Part shown: positions 41,606-53,322 of the stretch, in pieces | Layout of the letters: each line of letters opens with the position of its first letter | How positions within the stretch are numbered: position 1 is the stretch's first letter | From: Lingula anatina | Lineage: Eukaryota; Animalia; Brachiopoda | Length of the DNA: 64,000 bases | Direction of reading: 5' to 3' | Assembly: GCA_051362555.1 (NCBI GenBank) | Contig: CM120643.1 | Coordinates: 18,294,848-18,358,847, forward strand | Notes under the pieces: generated by a model | Seen by the model: only the letters and a program-made list of their open reading frames with translations | What the model was told of the DNA's origin: nothing | The model's database searches: none | Made by a program: the position numbers and the translations under genes

Positions 41606-43561
41606 ATCTGCCTGCTCATGGTAAGGTCTGATTCCAAACTACATGTAAGTGGTGATATTGCGCTTTGATATTAACTTTGATCATTATCAGAGTGCTCTTT
41701 ACTCAGAGTAAATCTAAAGATTTTAAAAACTGCATATTGTACACGACATGAGTGGATAGGTATCTAAAAAGACAACCTCCCCTCCCCCCAACAGTTTGCC
41801 GTTCACTTTTAAAACATTTCAGAATTGAATCTTGGGCTTTTTTCATAAAGAATTGTCCATCTATTAATAATCATTTGTGTAACACAAAAAGAGGAAATTA
41901 TTTCATTCAGAAACACTAACTGTGATTGGGGTGTATTCATAGATAAGATTCTTAAGACCACGCCCCCCACCCCACCCCACACCCTCACCCCCGAAAAAAA
42001 TCCTGGCTTCGCTCCGGACCTGGCGTTAAAATTATCTTAATTCTTTCCAATTTCGCCTCTCCTTCGTGTATTTGTCTTCCTAAGGCAAAGCGCAGTCAGA
42101 GCATAATACACCGTCTCAAGGGCCTCTATGATTGGAATTTAATTCATCTCTCGAGAGACAGCCGTCGGCTTTGACGAGATTATGGAATCATCGTGCATGC
42201 GGAAAATAATGTGGTTCAAAAGTGCAAATTTTATTATGATTACGGAACAGATCTGGTCCAGAGATAAAGTCGTTCGTGGCCTTTTCGCAATTACTAGACT
42301 AAACTGGTTTTGAGACCTGAGTTATTTTCTCGGAAGGCCGAATTAACGAGCAAAAAAAAAGCAAACAAAAACAATCAATATTAAATCTGAAAGTTAGCCG
42401 GTCGGCTTCCAATGAAAATCCCGTAGAATGGTTATGGTCGGCGGTTTGTACTTATGCATTATTGTGTGCACAGTATAATTGCATCCATGTACGTAGTTGA
42501 ATGCAAGCCATGGAGCAGACGTATGCAGCACCGGTTGATCGATTGTCTGTCTTGTTTTAAAGTGCAATTCTGTGTATAAATATAACTGATGTATGGTACC
42601 GATATAAACCAGAACGTTTAGGTAAGTACCCATGAGTGAAAAGCCATGGTGGCACCAGTGAAGTCCTCCACACACCGATACCCCCCACGACACACACACA
42701 CACACGCGCACACGCACACACACACGCAAATGACAAAAGGGACACCACAAACAAAACGGTAAAATACCTAGCAATTCCTATCTCTGTGCCATAGTGTTGT
42801 TCTCGACAACTCTTAAAATACTAGTATTTAAGGATGCTGACTGAAGTGATGCAAAATGTTTTCACCCCCTCCGATAACAACTCTGGATAATACGCACGGT
42901 GAAATAACAGAGATTAAAATGTAGCTATTGTTATTAAAGACTTGATCCACAAGTCAATTTGGTAAATCATATATGTGTGTCGAAATCATGAAAATTCTCA
43001 TGCTTCATTTGTTCAGTGTCGACATGGTATCTGTACCCGTTTTCATATTTAATTACTGCCACAGCACCGGTATGATTTATTGCAACAGATGTCCAAACAT
43101 AATGGTACCAATATGCGTGCTGAGGTAATTCAATGCACGGACAAACAAAAGATAACAATAAAGATAACAAATATTGTTAAAATATTTCAAAACACCATGG
43201 TACTACTGTATTTTGTTCCTATCACAGCACAGGGAATATAAAAAGGCCGATGTGTACCTTATACAGGGTATATGGGCATTTTCTTTTCGTTTGGGGATTC
43301 GAAGGCTGAACCCGCCAATTTGATTTGAAAATTAAGGGAGAGACGGGCCTTGTTCTCAGCTAAATTCACCACTGTAACATATATACCATGTAAATCTTTA
43401 TTGCGGCAGTTTGAGCAACCATTTCTTATAAATATAATATAATATCTTATAATAGAAACTCTGTCTTCATCGGAGGTCCCTGCTATATTGTATATATTTT
43501 CTTGAAACGTCAAATATGAAAACAGTTATTTTCAATTATTTTCTAGGAGGAACTCTTCAAC

Positions 43562-45160
43562 ATGTTGGACGACTGCAGCCGCGTTGTGGACAAAATGAAC
43601 CGGAAGAAAACCTTGGAAGAGGACCTCTTAAAGACTCCCCTCAACCGATGCCTCACGACCTTCGACCTGACTCTGTTTGGCATAAGCCAAATGGTAGGAG
43701 CCGGCATTTTCGTTCTCACGGGTACAGTCATAAGGGACAAGGCTGGTCCAGGGGGCATCCTCTCTTACCTCTTCGCCGGAGTAGCGGCTGTGCTTTCCGC
43801 CTTGTGCTACGCCGAGTTCGGTGCCCGAGTCCCGAAAGCTGGTTCCGCCTACACGTACACTTACATCATCATCGGGGAGTTTTGGGCCTTTTTAGTCGGA
43901 TGGAATATAATTTTGGAATACCTCATTGGTGCATCTGCCGTGGCTCGAGGACTAAGCGGTTCATTCGATGCGTTGTCCAATTATAAGATTAGTAACTGGA
44001 CTTCCAAGCACATAGGGACAATGCCTGGTGAGTGGTTGAGCGACTACCCCGATTTCGTTTCGTTTTTCTTGGTAATTTTGGTGAGCTGTTTGGTAGCTTG
44101 CACTGGTGCTAAGAAATCCGTTGTCGTCAACAGCGTTTTTACAATCGTAAATGTGGTCGTCATCGTCTTCGTCGCTGTGCTGGGATTCTGTTACGCTGAC
44201 CCGACGGTTTGGGAAGAGGGCGGGTTCCTCCCTTACGGCATGGGTGGAGTATTCGGTGGTGCTGCAGCTTGTTTCTATGCCTTTATTGGATTCGACGCGA
44301 TCTCTATCGCCGGTGAAGAGGCAGCTACTCCTGGGAGATCTATTCCCATTGCCACCATGTTGTCCGTTGTTGTCTGCACGGTTCTATACGTGTTTGCAAC
44401 GATGGCATTGACTCTGCTTGTCCCATATGATGAGCTTTCCGCCAGTGCACCATTCCCAGTTGCTTTTGATATCCGTGGATTGAAATGGGCAAAAATCGTC
44501 GTGTCCATAGGTACCATAATTGCCATGTTTACTGCTCTTTTAGTGGACCTCTTCGCCCTTCCAAGGACAGTTTATGCGATAAGTTCGGACGGCTTGTTCT
44601 TTGAAGCTTTTTCTCGCATTAATGAGAGGACACAAACGCCAGTGCTGTCTATCATGGCGTTTGGTTTTCTGGCCGCCCTGTTGGCTCTGTTCTTTAGCAT
44701 AGATACTCTAGTTGAGTTCCTCTCTATTGGAACCCTGCTTGCGTACACCATAGTGGCCGCCGCCGTTATATTCATCCGGTATCAGCCGCTTAGTAAATGC
44801 CAGTTCGCTCTTAAACCAGACCCAACGGACGACAACCTTAAAGAGGTGGAGACGCCTGAAGGAGCTAGGCAACCAATTAAGGAGAACGGTGCCTATGGTG
44901 ATTTCGGGAAGTTAAAAGCCTACTTCCGAACCCTGCCGATTCTGCGCAATTGCGAACCGGGGCAAGCAGCGTCCAATGCTACAATTCTAATGGCGGCGTT
45001 GATGGCAGGCTGGTGTAGTGTACTCATTTACTGCACAGAAGACCTGGGTCAAGGCAAATGGTGGGCGTGGTTACTCTGTATCCTCTTACTTGTGGGCGTG
45101 GTTTTGTGCTTTTTTGTGATAACTGCGCATGTGCAGAACACAGCTTTCTTGACATTCCAG
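43562..45160 (+). CDS. SLC7A4: Cationic amino-acid transporter (SLC7/CAT family, CAT-4-like), coding exon 1 of 3
   Basis: 533 codons with APC/CAT motifs LNRCLTTFDL..G..MVGAGIFVLTG, ALCYAEFGARVPKAGSAY, WAFLVGWN.ILEY, FYAFIGFD, PR.VYA...DGL.F, SIGTLLAYT. The N-terminus KMNRKKTLEE..LKTPLNRCL resembles CAT-4. Acceptor ttttctag at 43546; donor CAG|gtaagt at 45161 (phase 0). Orthology to SLC7A4 rather than other CATs is inferred. Confidence 0.96.
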
Positions 45161-46626
45161 GTAAGTGCAGATTGATTTAGTGATGATATCTCGTGTTGAA
45201 ATATGTTCTTATCGTTGTTGTACTACAGTCAATTAATCAAAAAATACATTTAAAAAACTGTGCTGATTTTCAAATCCATTTTAGATAGAAAAAAAATCCA
45301 GAGCAATTTAAGGTAAACTTAAACACAAGATTTTTTATTCACCGGGATAGATGTACTTACCAAAGCCCAAATAACCATCATCTCCATCCAAATACAGCTC
45401 TAACATTGAGGAAATGCCAACACAATTTTGCGATCGATATTTTGCCTGAAGAGGGTCGCTTTATTGTGATTCTGAAATGGTTAATTCTGCCCCGTCAATG
45501 ATCTAGTAAAGTATCTACAAGTAGAATCATGTACCTATTGTGGCTGCAACAAAAGTCAGCCCAACATCCTACGAAAAACGTACATGTAAATCTGCTCACA
45601 AAAACGACCATCACTCTCTGTTCCACCTATCACATGATCAGTCTCTGCTTTTCTATAAAAATTACCAAACATCAAATAAGATTTTCATTATCAAGTACAC
45701 TTTTCTTATAAAACGTGGTTATTTAAATCTTTATTTAGATTATCCTATTAATATTGTACAATGATGAGAATGCGTTAGCTAATGATGATGAAACAAAAAG
45801 GGCTGGATATTTCACAAATGATTGAAGAGTAAACTCTGACGTCTTTAGCACTTTCAAATGACATTTGAAGTGATATGGGTTCGTCAGCCAAATGCACTCA
45901 CCCTTGCCAGCCAAGTCCTAACGAAAACTAATATCTCAGAGCAGACAAACACTTAAATGAAATTACATCCTATGCGATATTAATGTAGAGGCTGTAAAGT
46001 AATCTTAACGAGCTGCCATGCGAAACCGCTGATAACGTTTAAGGTTATATTGCTTTTACATTGACGAGAACGTCGTTATGGAAACAGACAATGGCCGCCT
46101 ATAGATATCATATCAAAGTGTTTTGTTTTCCAAAATTCCTTTCCTTTATTTCTTTTATAGCAAAGTGCACTTATTCTCTGACAGAAAATTCAAAATGTCG
46201 GGTTGTAACTGACAGGTATTATAGCTGTCAAATTATGTGTAAATATTAAAAATGTGGAAAAACCATGACGCTGATATTGTATTTATATGCCACTTTAATA
46301 TTGCATTATTTTCATTATTATTATTGTTGTTGTTGTTGTTGTTGTTGTTATTTTTAAAGATTTAATTATCTTTTTTTCTATAATCTATTTGTCATAAACT
46401 CATCTCTAATGAAAATTAATTTGAAGTTCTCACCCATATTGTAATGTTTCCTTCGTATCCAGATGAAGTTCAAAACCTTTGTTTGTTGTAATTGTATTTA
46501 TAGTCTAAAATTTAGTATTGTCCAATGAGTTAAATAAAGTTTAAATCTATCATAAAATGAACATTGTAAGTTCTAAAATCTGACATCTAATGAAACAATT
46601 TTACATATGGTAATCTTTGTTTCCAG

Positions 46627-46735
46627 ATCCCGCTTGTTCCCCTGTTACCTGCTGCCAGTATGTTTGTTAACATTGCAATGATGCTGAAACTCTCCTATCT
46701 TACCTGGATTAGGCTGGCTGTGTGGATTGCAGTAG
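46627..46735 (+). CDS. SLC7A4: CAT-4-like transporter, coding exon 2 of 3
   Basis: Acceptor tttgtttccag; translates [37 protein letters not shown] (CAT C-terminal AA_permease_C motif); donor TAG|gtgaga, phase 1. Not in the ORF track. Confidence 0.95.
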
Positions 46736-46996
46736 GTGAGACATCGCGATTGTGACGTATTGTGTTCGATGTCCCCGCTAACAGATTTTACGTCAATAGG
46801 CTGCAACACCTCTAAAAATTAAGAAAATGTTACTGTCAGGTGTGATTCTAATGTCTATAACATATAGTCAGCAACTGATGCTCTTAACCATCTTTAATGT
46901 TGATAATGATGAGAAGCAGGATGTTGGGCGCGCCTTCTGATACTTATTCCCTTAACTCCTGAAATTTAATACATAAATATATAATTTTTCCCTTAG

Positions 46997-47271
46997 GTTT
47001 GATCATTTACTTCACCTATGGCATACGTCACAGTGCTGAAAACCGGGCACTGTCTTCCTACACACAAATTATCCGCTACTCCGGAGATGCGACAGCAGAC
47101 GACCAGGTTAAAGGCATGGTAAACGCCTTAGAGACGCAGCCCGTGCAGGATGTTAAGGAGGACGACGATGGGAGGAATGCTACGGGAACGGAGAATGCAC
47201 CTGGAGGGGAGAACCCATCGGGAGAGCCAGGTACAACGGCTCCGACGGACGACAGTGAACGTACGGAATAG
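46997..47271 (+). CDS. SLC7A4: CAT-4-like transporter, coding exon 3 of 3 (total 660 aa)
   Basis: Acceptor tttttcccttag; G+GT completes Gly, then LIIYFTYGIRHS (conserved YGxxHS) and an acidic tail to TAG; 1599+109+275=1983 nt. Confidence 0.95.
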
Positions 47272-48064
47272 CTCGTACTTCTTCGGATTTCTTCTCACAC
47301 ACTCTGATATTTTGCAAGCATGTTAGAATCACTTGCACTCGGCTTGGATTTTCATTTTTCGGAATTTAAATAGCGTGTTATATTCGGGATTGGCGAAGTT
47401 ATACGGAGATTGACGAGTATTTACGACAACGCTGCTGTTCAAGCGCACCAGACTAAACCTAGTGATTTTTAAGACTGATGTTTATAGGTGCTATATTTTC
47501 TTCATTATAGTCTTTACATACATTTCTACTACTTATACCTTTAAATCACTGTTCCTTGATATTTAAATATATTATATTAAAAACATCTGATATTATATAA
47601 ACGTATGTTATAAGCATAGCAGGAACTGCAAAAGATCGATGGGCAATATATATGTCTTGCGAGAATGAACACCAGAAAGTGGGCCAGAGAAACACCAAGA
47701 GATCGAAAAAGACCAAAGAAAAGATAAATAGATGACACTGAGCAGGCCGCAGTGCATGGACGCATGCGGCACTAAATCGTCAAGCGTGACGAAGTCTGTG
47801 GAGGCCACCTGCTAACAGTGGCGTGACAGGCTGAGATGAATGAATGAACGAATGTGCCATTTGTGGCTTGCTTACATAAGGATTAAATCAAGCAGAAAAT
47901 AGACGTCATCTAACGTCACAACCGCTAAATAGGAAACCAAAGATATAATTTAAATCACAAATGTGTTGCAGGATGAAACATGCTCCTCGACTCCATTATG
48001 CCATTACTCACTGCCTTGTTAGAATTTGTGTTCATATCTGCTCCTTCAATGTGAAAAAATGCTC

Positions 48065-48119
48065 AACAGACCAAAAACCAAAAACATATGTATGGTTTAG
48101 TTATTCAAAATAATTTATT
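48065..48119 (-). terminator. Probable polyadenylation signal of the SLC10 gene
   Basis: AATAAA on the minus strand (48119-48114) followed ~30 nt downstream by GU-rich TGTTTTTGGTTTTTGGTCTGTTG; implies a ~0.9-kb 3' UTR. Confidence 0.55.
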
Positions 48120-49010
48120 TTATGAATAGAAGATATATGTACCAGTACATGGAGAATGTAATTTACGTTTTTTAATACATAAAAGTCATTGACCGAATGG
48201 TATTGAAACAATTTTCTAAAAAATTGAAAAAATATTTTTTGTACATATTATATAAAAAACGCACGAAATGTTAATGAGAATAGAGACTTGGAAAATCACC
48301 TGGTGTCTTGCGTGTGGGAAGTCACTATCACGCATGTACCCATTTTCAACTTCCGTTCTACGCCACCGTCAGTTATATCTTTAATAGCGTTGAACGTTTT
48401 TTGACTAATTTGTATCAGATACAAAAAAGATTTCCTTTCAGCATATTCATGATATCAGAATGTTTTTCTCATAATATGTCCAGTCTTTTTAAAATGGGGT
48501 AAAGAGAAGAGAACTTGCAATGATAACCATGATTGTATTAAAAATATACATGTACATGTATATTTTGTGTACATAGAAAAAATATTGACATCTATCTTCA
48601 GCAAAAAAAATATACTATTAACAAAAACATTTGGGATGAAAAATATATCGAATGCATGAAAAATAATATAAAAATGCAATGTGCTTGTGCTTCTAATACT
48701 TTTATCAAAGTAATGTTCGGTGTGGCCTTTATATACCCGTAGTACATGTAGGCCTACTAGGCACGGTTACGTACGACGTTTATGAACCCATATCATTGTA
48801 TTATATTGATTATTTTCAATTTTCATCTTACAGCACAAAGCATATATTATCACGTACAATGAAGAAATATATAGCTCTGTGTCCCTAATTTCAATTTTTA
48901 CAATACACTGGGGTATTAAATCACTGGCCTTATATTCGATATACCGGAATGTGCGATATCAAGTGTTAAACCGATTGAAATAAGAAAAAAGTCAATGGAA
49001 TCGACTCCCA

Positions 49011-49654
49011 TCAGACAGTAGAGATTTGAGAATCCACCACCTCTTTCGAGTCCTCATCTGGCGGTGCAGTTTTATTCAGAGCTTCTTTTTCCTTTTCGTC
49101 AGCTCCCTTCTCCGGTTTGCGAATACACTTCTTATATATCAAATACCCGATCACCCATAGCATCAAAGGTAGAGGGGTAAAAATGGCAGCCCCGATGGGT
49201 GCAATGCAAGCAATATCCCCTTCCGGCGACGGCAATGAAAAACGAAGCAACACCACAGCGACGCCGACATTTTGAATACCAGTTTCTATAGCGACAGTTT
49301 TGATGCGTTCCCATGACTGCCGCGTTGCCAAGGTTACCAGGCCTCCCGCAATGAACCCGGCATACGGCAGCAGGCATCCCGCAATGATAACTTTGTTGGA
49401 GAAAAGCTTGAACATGTAGAGATTGGCATAGATGCCGGCTGTGAAGAGGAAGATGATGCAAATGACTGAAAATGGTTTGATGACTTTCAAGATGATTTTG
49501 GCGGCTCTGTCACTTTTGTACTTGATAGCCATCCCGATGACCACTGGTATGATAATATAAGCCAGAGCCTGGACTATATTCACGAATGGAATCGTGACCT
49601 CGTGTCCATGGAGTAAGGTTTGACCGAGGGTGAACATCCAGAAAGGGATCATGG
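49011..49654 (-). CDS. SLC10 Na+/bile-acid cotransporter family protein, coding exon 3 of 3
   Basis: Acceptor tgttactttcag; G+CC=Ala, then MIPFWMFTLG...IIIPVVIGM...AGCLLPYAGFIAG...KTVAIETGIQN (SLC10 Na+-site motif E-T-G-x-Q-N) to TGA; ends ...QISTV. Confidence 0.95.
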
Positions 49655-50004
49655 CTGAAAGTAACAGTTCAAACATGCGCATGTCAAAAAATCAAAAGTA
49701 TTTAAACAACAAGGCAAATTTAGAGTATGCAATATATCTGTGCAGGTGTTATTTGCTTCAAAGAATAGGTAGATGCATCAGTCTTTAGATGTACAGGTAT
49801 GAAGTTTCAAGAGAAATCAAAACGGCACCCATTAGACTGGCGGTTATTTGATAAGAAATTGGTTATTTTAGTATATCATTTGCCTTGAATGGAATTTCCT
49901 CTCACAATATATTATTAATAAGGTCGTTCGCGGGATGTGGTTTAGGTCCCACTGAAAGAGTTTTTTTCTTCTTCTTCTTTCTTTTATTCGCTGCGGACCC
50001 GTTT

Positions 50005-50044
<40 letters not shown>

Positions 50045-50052
50045 ATGCTTAC

Positions 50053-50224
50053 CTAGAGCGGCTATCGTGCTGATGAGTGTCATAGTAATGCTCAGTGTCA
50101 AATCGCCATCCAATAGGAAGCTGTATATGTTGCTAGCTCCGCCCCCAGGGCAACACCCACCGCAGAAGAACCCCAGCGCCATCGCCGTGTCAAACTGGAC
50201 TATCTTGGCGATGGCATATGCAAG
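50053..50224 (-). CDS. SLC10 family protein, coding exon 2 of 3
   Basis: Acceptor cttttgttttatttag; LAYAIAKIVQFDTAMALGFFCGGCCPGGGASNIYSFLLDGDLTLSITMTLISTIAAL (signature CCPGGxxSN, DGDxxLSxxMT); donor TAG|gtaagc, phase 1. Confidence 0.96.
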
Positions 50225-50393
50225 CTAAATAAAACAAAAGGGTCATTTGAATTATCTTCCACGTTGTTATTTTCAACTGGTGAAGGCAACGATTTTTGTT
50301 GTATTACTGACACATGACACGGTTAAAACATATGAAGTAAATTAGTTGTAAATACTCAATTGTCAGATCATGCAACCACCGAGGCTCCAATTA

Positions 50394-51081
50394 TGCCCGT
50401 ATTTCACACAGAACACGAATCCCACGAATGGCCATGAAATGACAAATTTCACGATTCGTGGTTGAATCGTAATCAGTTCGTGAAGTTCTTAACAGATTCG
50501 TATATATTCGTAGTCAGTTTTTGCACTTCTTGACCAACAGGAATTGGTGGCAAAAACTTTGATGCCCCTATTTCACACAGACCACGAATCCCACGAATCG
50601 CCAGAAATTGAAATTTTCAGGATTCGTGGTTGAATCGTAATCAGTTCGTGAAGTTCTTAACAGATTCGTATATAATCGTAGTCAGTTCTTGCAATTCTTG
50701 ATCACTCAGGAATTCGTGGCAAAAAATTTGAGCTGTTCAAAGTTTTGGCCACAAACTCCCGATTCTAAAAAATCGTAGTGAATTTCTGGACAATATTCGT
50801 GCGGTTCCAGCTGAATCCGCCGAATATTCGTAACACTATCGCACCTGTATCGTAACTGAATCGTAGAGCGTGTCGAATTAGACCAGAAAATTGGCAAAAT
50901 CTTACGATTCCAGCCGAATCCCACGAATATTCCTAACACTATCGTACCTGTATCGTAACTGAATCGTGAGCGTATCGAATTATACCAGAAAATTGGCAAA
51001 ATCTCACGAATCCTCACGAATCCTGAAATTTGTCAATTCCTGGCGATTCGTGGGATTCGTGGTCTGTGTGAAATAGGGGCC
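50394..51081. mobile_element. PIF/Harbinger-type MITE in an SLC10 intron, with duplicated left half
   Basis: ~65-bp TIR (G/T)GCCCCTATTTCACACAGACCACGAATCCCACGAATCGCCAG... at 50563 and inverted at 51016-51081. An extra diverged left half lies at 50394-50562. TTA flanks at 50391-3 and 51082-4. Central TTTGAGCTGTTCAAA pseudo-palindrome and an internal ~102-bp tandem duplication (50807-51010). Confidence 0.9.
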
Positions 51082-52014
51082 TTAGCGAGGTCGGAATTGG
51101 AAGATTTGACCTTTTTCAAATTAGACCTCGCATACACGTACGCAGAGGCAAAAACTCACACACATTGATACTCAATGGTCGATCTGACCGAAATATAAAT
51201 TCTGAAATTTAATAGTTTTAATAGTTTCTATACAGTTTTCACGGTGGGATTGGTTACTGAAATGAGAAGTGGGAAATGGTCATCGGTTTTCAAGCGAGAA
51301 GTTCGGGTATCAGGATGTTTCAGTGAAGCTTTGATCCTTCCCAAAGCATTATCAAAGTAGACAAATAAATGTCATATAATAAGGTGTAAAACCAAATGCT
51401 GTCAGTTGATGAAATATGAGTGATTCTATATGGAGTGCCTCGATATTTTTCGTGTCCAGTGTCAGTTCCACCTTATTCATTGATTCAAAACACTATTTGC
51501 AACCAGTAAATGTAATATGATGTAAAGATTGCATGGTTTAGTCATACATTGCTAGGTAATCACAAAAACTTGTTTTTAGTATATGTGGGACATGTAACTT
51601 CTGAACTTTCTTTTCAAAACTGGCGGGGCGTTATTTCTATTCTTTACTTCGCTTACAGGTCGAGATACCCTACAATCTTCAGCGGAACGATGGCCATTGT
51701 CAGCTCTTCTTTCTTCATTGCTCAAGTTCTATTGTCCATCAAACTTTGATTTCCGTCAACATTGAATTTTGTATATCAGATTCACGTGAAAGCATTATTT
51801 TGCTTATGGTGGGTAAATGTCTGTAAAATTCTTCACGCAGAGGTCTTCAAAACTTAACTTATTAAACACGACCGTTGACTTCGATGTCGATGCTAGTGGT
51901 ACCATATAAATAGGACGCTTTGATTAAGGTTGTTCATAAAGATATATGAATTATAAAAATCTGACCTTCATTAAATTGGACAGCGCTAAGTAACTTAGGT
52001 TTACCAGCATATAA

Positions 52015-52146
52015 ACACACACATATGCACACACGTGCTCACACACACTCACACACACACACACACACACACGCACACACACACATAATGATACATGTAC
52101 GTACACATAAACAAATAAGCATACGCGCACACACACACACACACAA
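52015..52146. repeat. Degenerate (CA)n microsatellite
   Basis: Interrupted dinucleotide runs; other simple repeats at 50008-50040 (AT), 54010-54043 and 55088-55131 (CT). Confidence 0.9.
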
Positions 52147-52325
52147 ATGCTTATCGTGTGCTCCTCAAACAAAATAAAAATGTTGAGAAATCCCCCTCCC
52201 TTCTTTATCAAAAATTCAGTTTTGCTATTCTTAACATGAAAATCAAAGATAAATTGAAGGCAAACATACTATAATTAACAGGAGAACTTTAAAAAAAATA
52301 TTTTGCTAAACTGAAACTGGGTTCA

Positions 52326-52529
52326 CACAGATTTAGATCGATCCATCTGGATTGACCTAACTCCCTGGGAGTTCACGCTAAATTGCTGTCAGCTTCCGGG
52401 AGCCGAGCGCGCACAAAAGTTAATAACCCCCTTACAGCTTTTAGTAGGCGGGACAGACATTTAAGCCGGTTAAGCCGACAGCAATCTAGTGAGACTCCCC
52501 AGGGAGGTAGATCGATCTAAATATCTGTG
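52326..52529. mobile_element. Fold-back element / MITE relic with CAC...GTG ends
   Basis: Left arm CACAGATTTAGATCGATC...CTAACTCCCTGGGAGTTCACGCTAAATTGCTGTCAGCTT pairs with the reverse complement of the right arm CACAGATATTTAGATCGATCTACCTCCCTGGGGAGTCTCACTAGATTGCTGTCGGCTT; no clear TSD. Confidence 0.7.
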
Positions 52530-52548
52530 GTAATGGTCTCTAACTAAC

Positions 52549-53322
52549 CAGCGGCATAAGAACATATTGGCACCCAAACCCGGTCACGGGCCCTATAGGT
52601 TTCTTTAACACTTCCTTAACAACTTCCAAGTCCGCCTTGCACCCCATCCCCATCGTGCTGAAGAGCACGAACGCTGTCACCACGACGGTGAACGCTGTAT
52701 CTAGCCACCTCGGCTTCCTAATGACCACCACGCCGTAGTCCACCGGCAGGAATTTCGGCTGATCCTCCCTGCCGGAGGGCTCAGAGGAATTCCGAAAGAC
52801 AAAAAATCTCAGACTGGCTCTTCCAATCAGAACAGCGCGTAGAGTAACGTTGGCGGCCGAGACCGAAACGTTTGATCCGTCCCTTGGCTGTGACGTTCCC
52901 ATCACGCTCAGAGTTTCATCGCCCTTGTTGCTGGTGTTGACGTGGCTGTACTCTATTCTATCCGGTGCACGGTCAACGCCAGGTCCCATGTTAAGGACAA
53001 CCGTGTGTCCTGTTAACACTTGAAATACACGGTCATCGCTGGAGTGGACATGCAGTGTCCATGCCACGTCGCCTGACGCACCATCATTGTATTCAGTAGG
53101 CACAGTGAAATTGAATTCGACCACCGAGTCATAGTCCATATATACTGTGACTGACTTTGAAGGGATGAAATTGAATTGGACACTTATGTTTCCGTCCACT
53201 GAGTTAGCAGACAAGGTGTCTGGATCGCGATGACCACTGTCCAGGATATTCTCCATTTCTAACGCCGTTAACGCGGTCACTAACAGAAGACATACGACAC
53301 ACCCTAGAGCACACGCATGCAT
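52549..53322 (-). CDS. SLC10 family protein (SLC10A3/A5 'P3'-type architecture), coding exon 1 of 3 (total 529 aa from ATG 53322)
   Basis: ATG followed by a signal-peptide-like MHACALGCVVCLLLVTALTA and a ~190-aa N-glycosylatable extracellular region, then VVVIRKPRWLDTAF...MGMGCKADLEVVKEVLKKPIGPVTGFGCQYVLMPL (SLC10 TM1-2 motif); donor CTG|gttagt, phase 0; 774+172+644=1590 nt. A possible acceptor before 53367 allows a short in-frame upstream extension. Confidence 0.93.

Noticed and set aside
43516-43986. 156-aa alternative-frame ORF overlapping the CAT4 exon
   Set aside because: Its ATG lies in the intron upstream of the acceptor; a shadow frame unless an upstream exon supplies a start
45786-45794. 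TGATGAAAC, identical to the mammalian CAT-1 amino-acid response element, in a CAT4 intron
   Set aside because: A 9-mer of this composition is expected about once by chance in 64 kb on two strands; the same word also occurs inside the SLC26 exon
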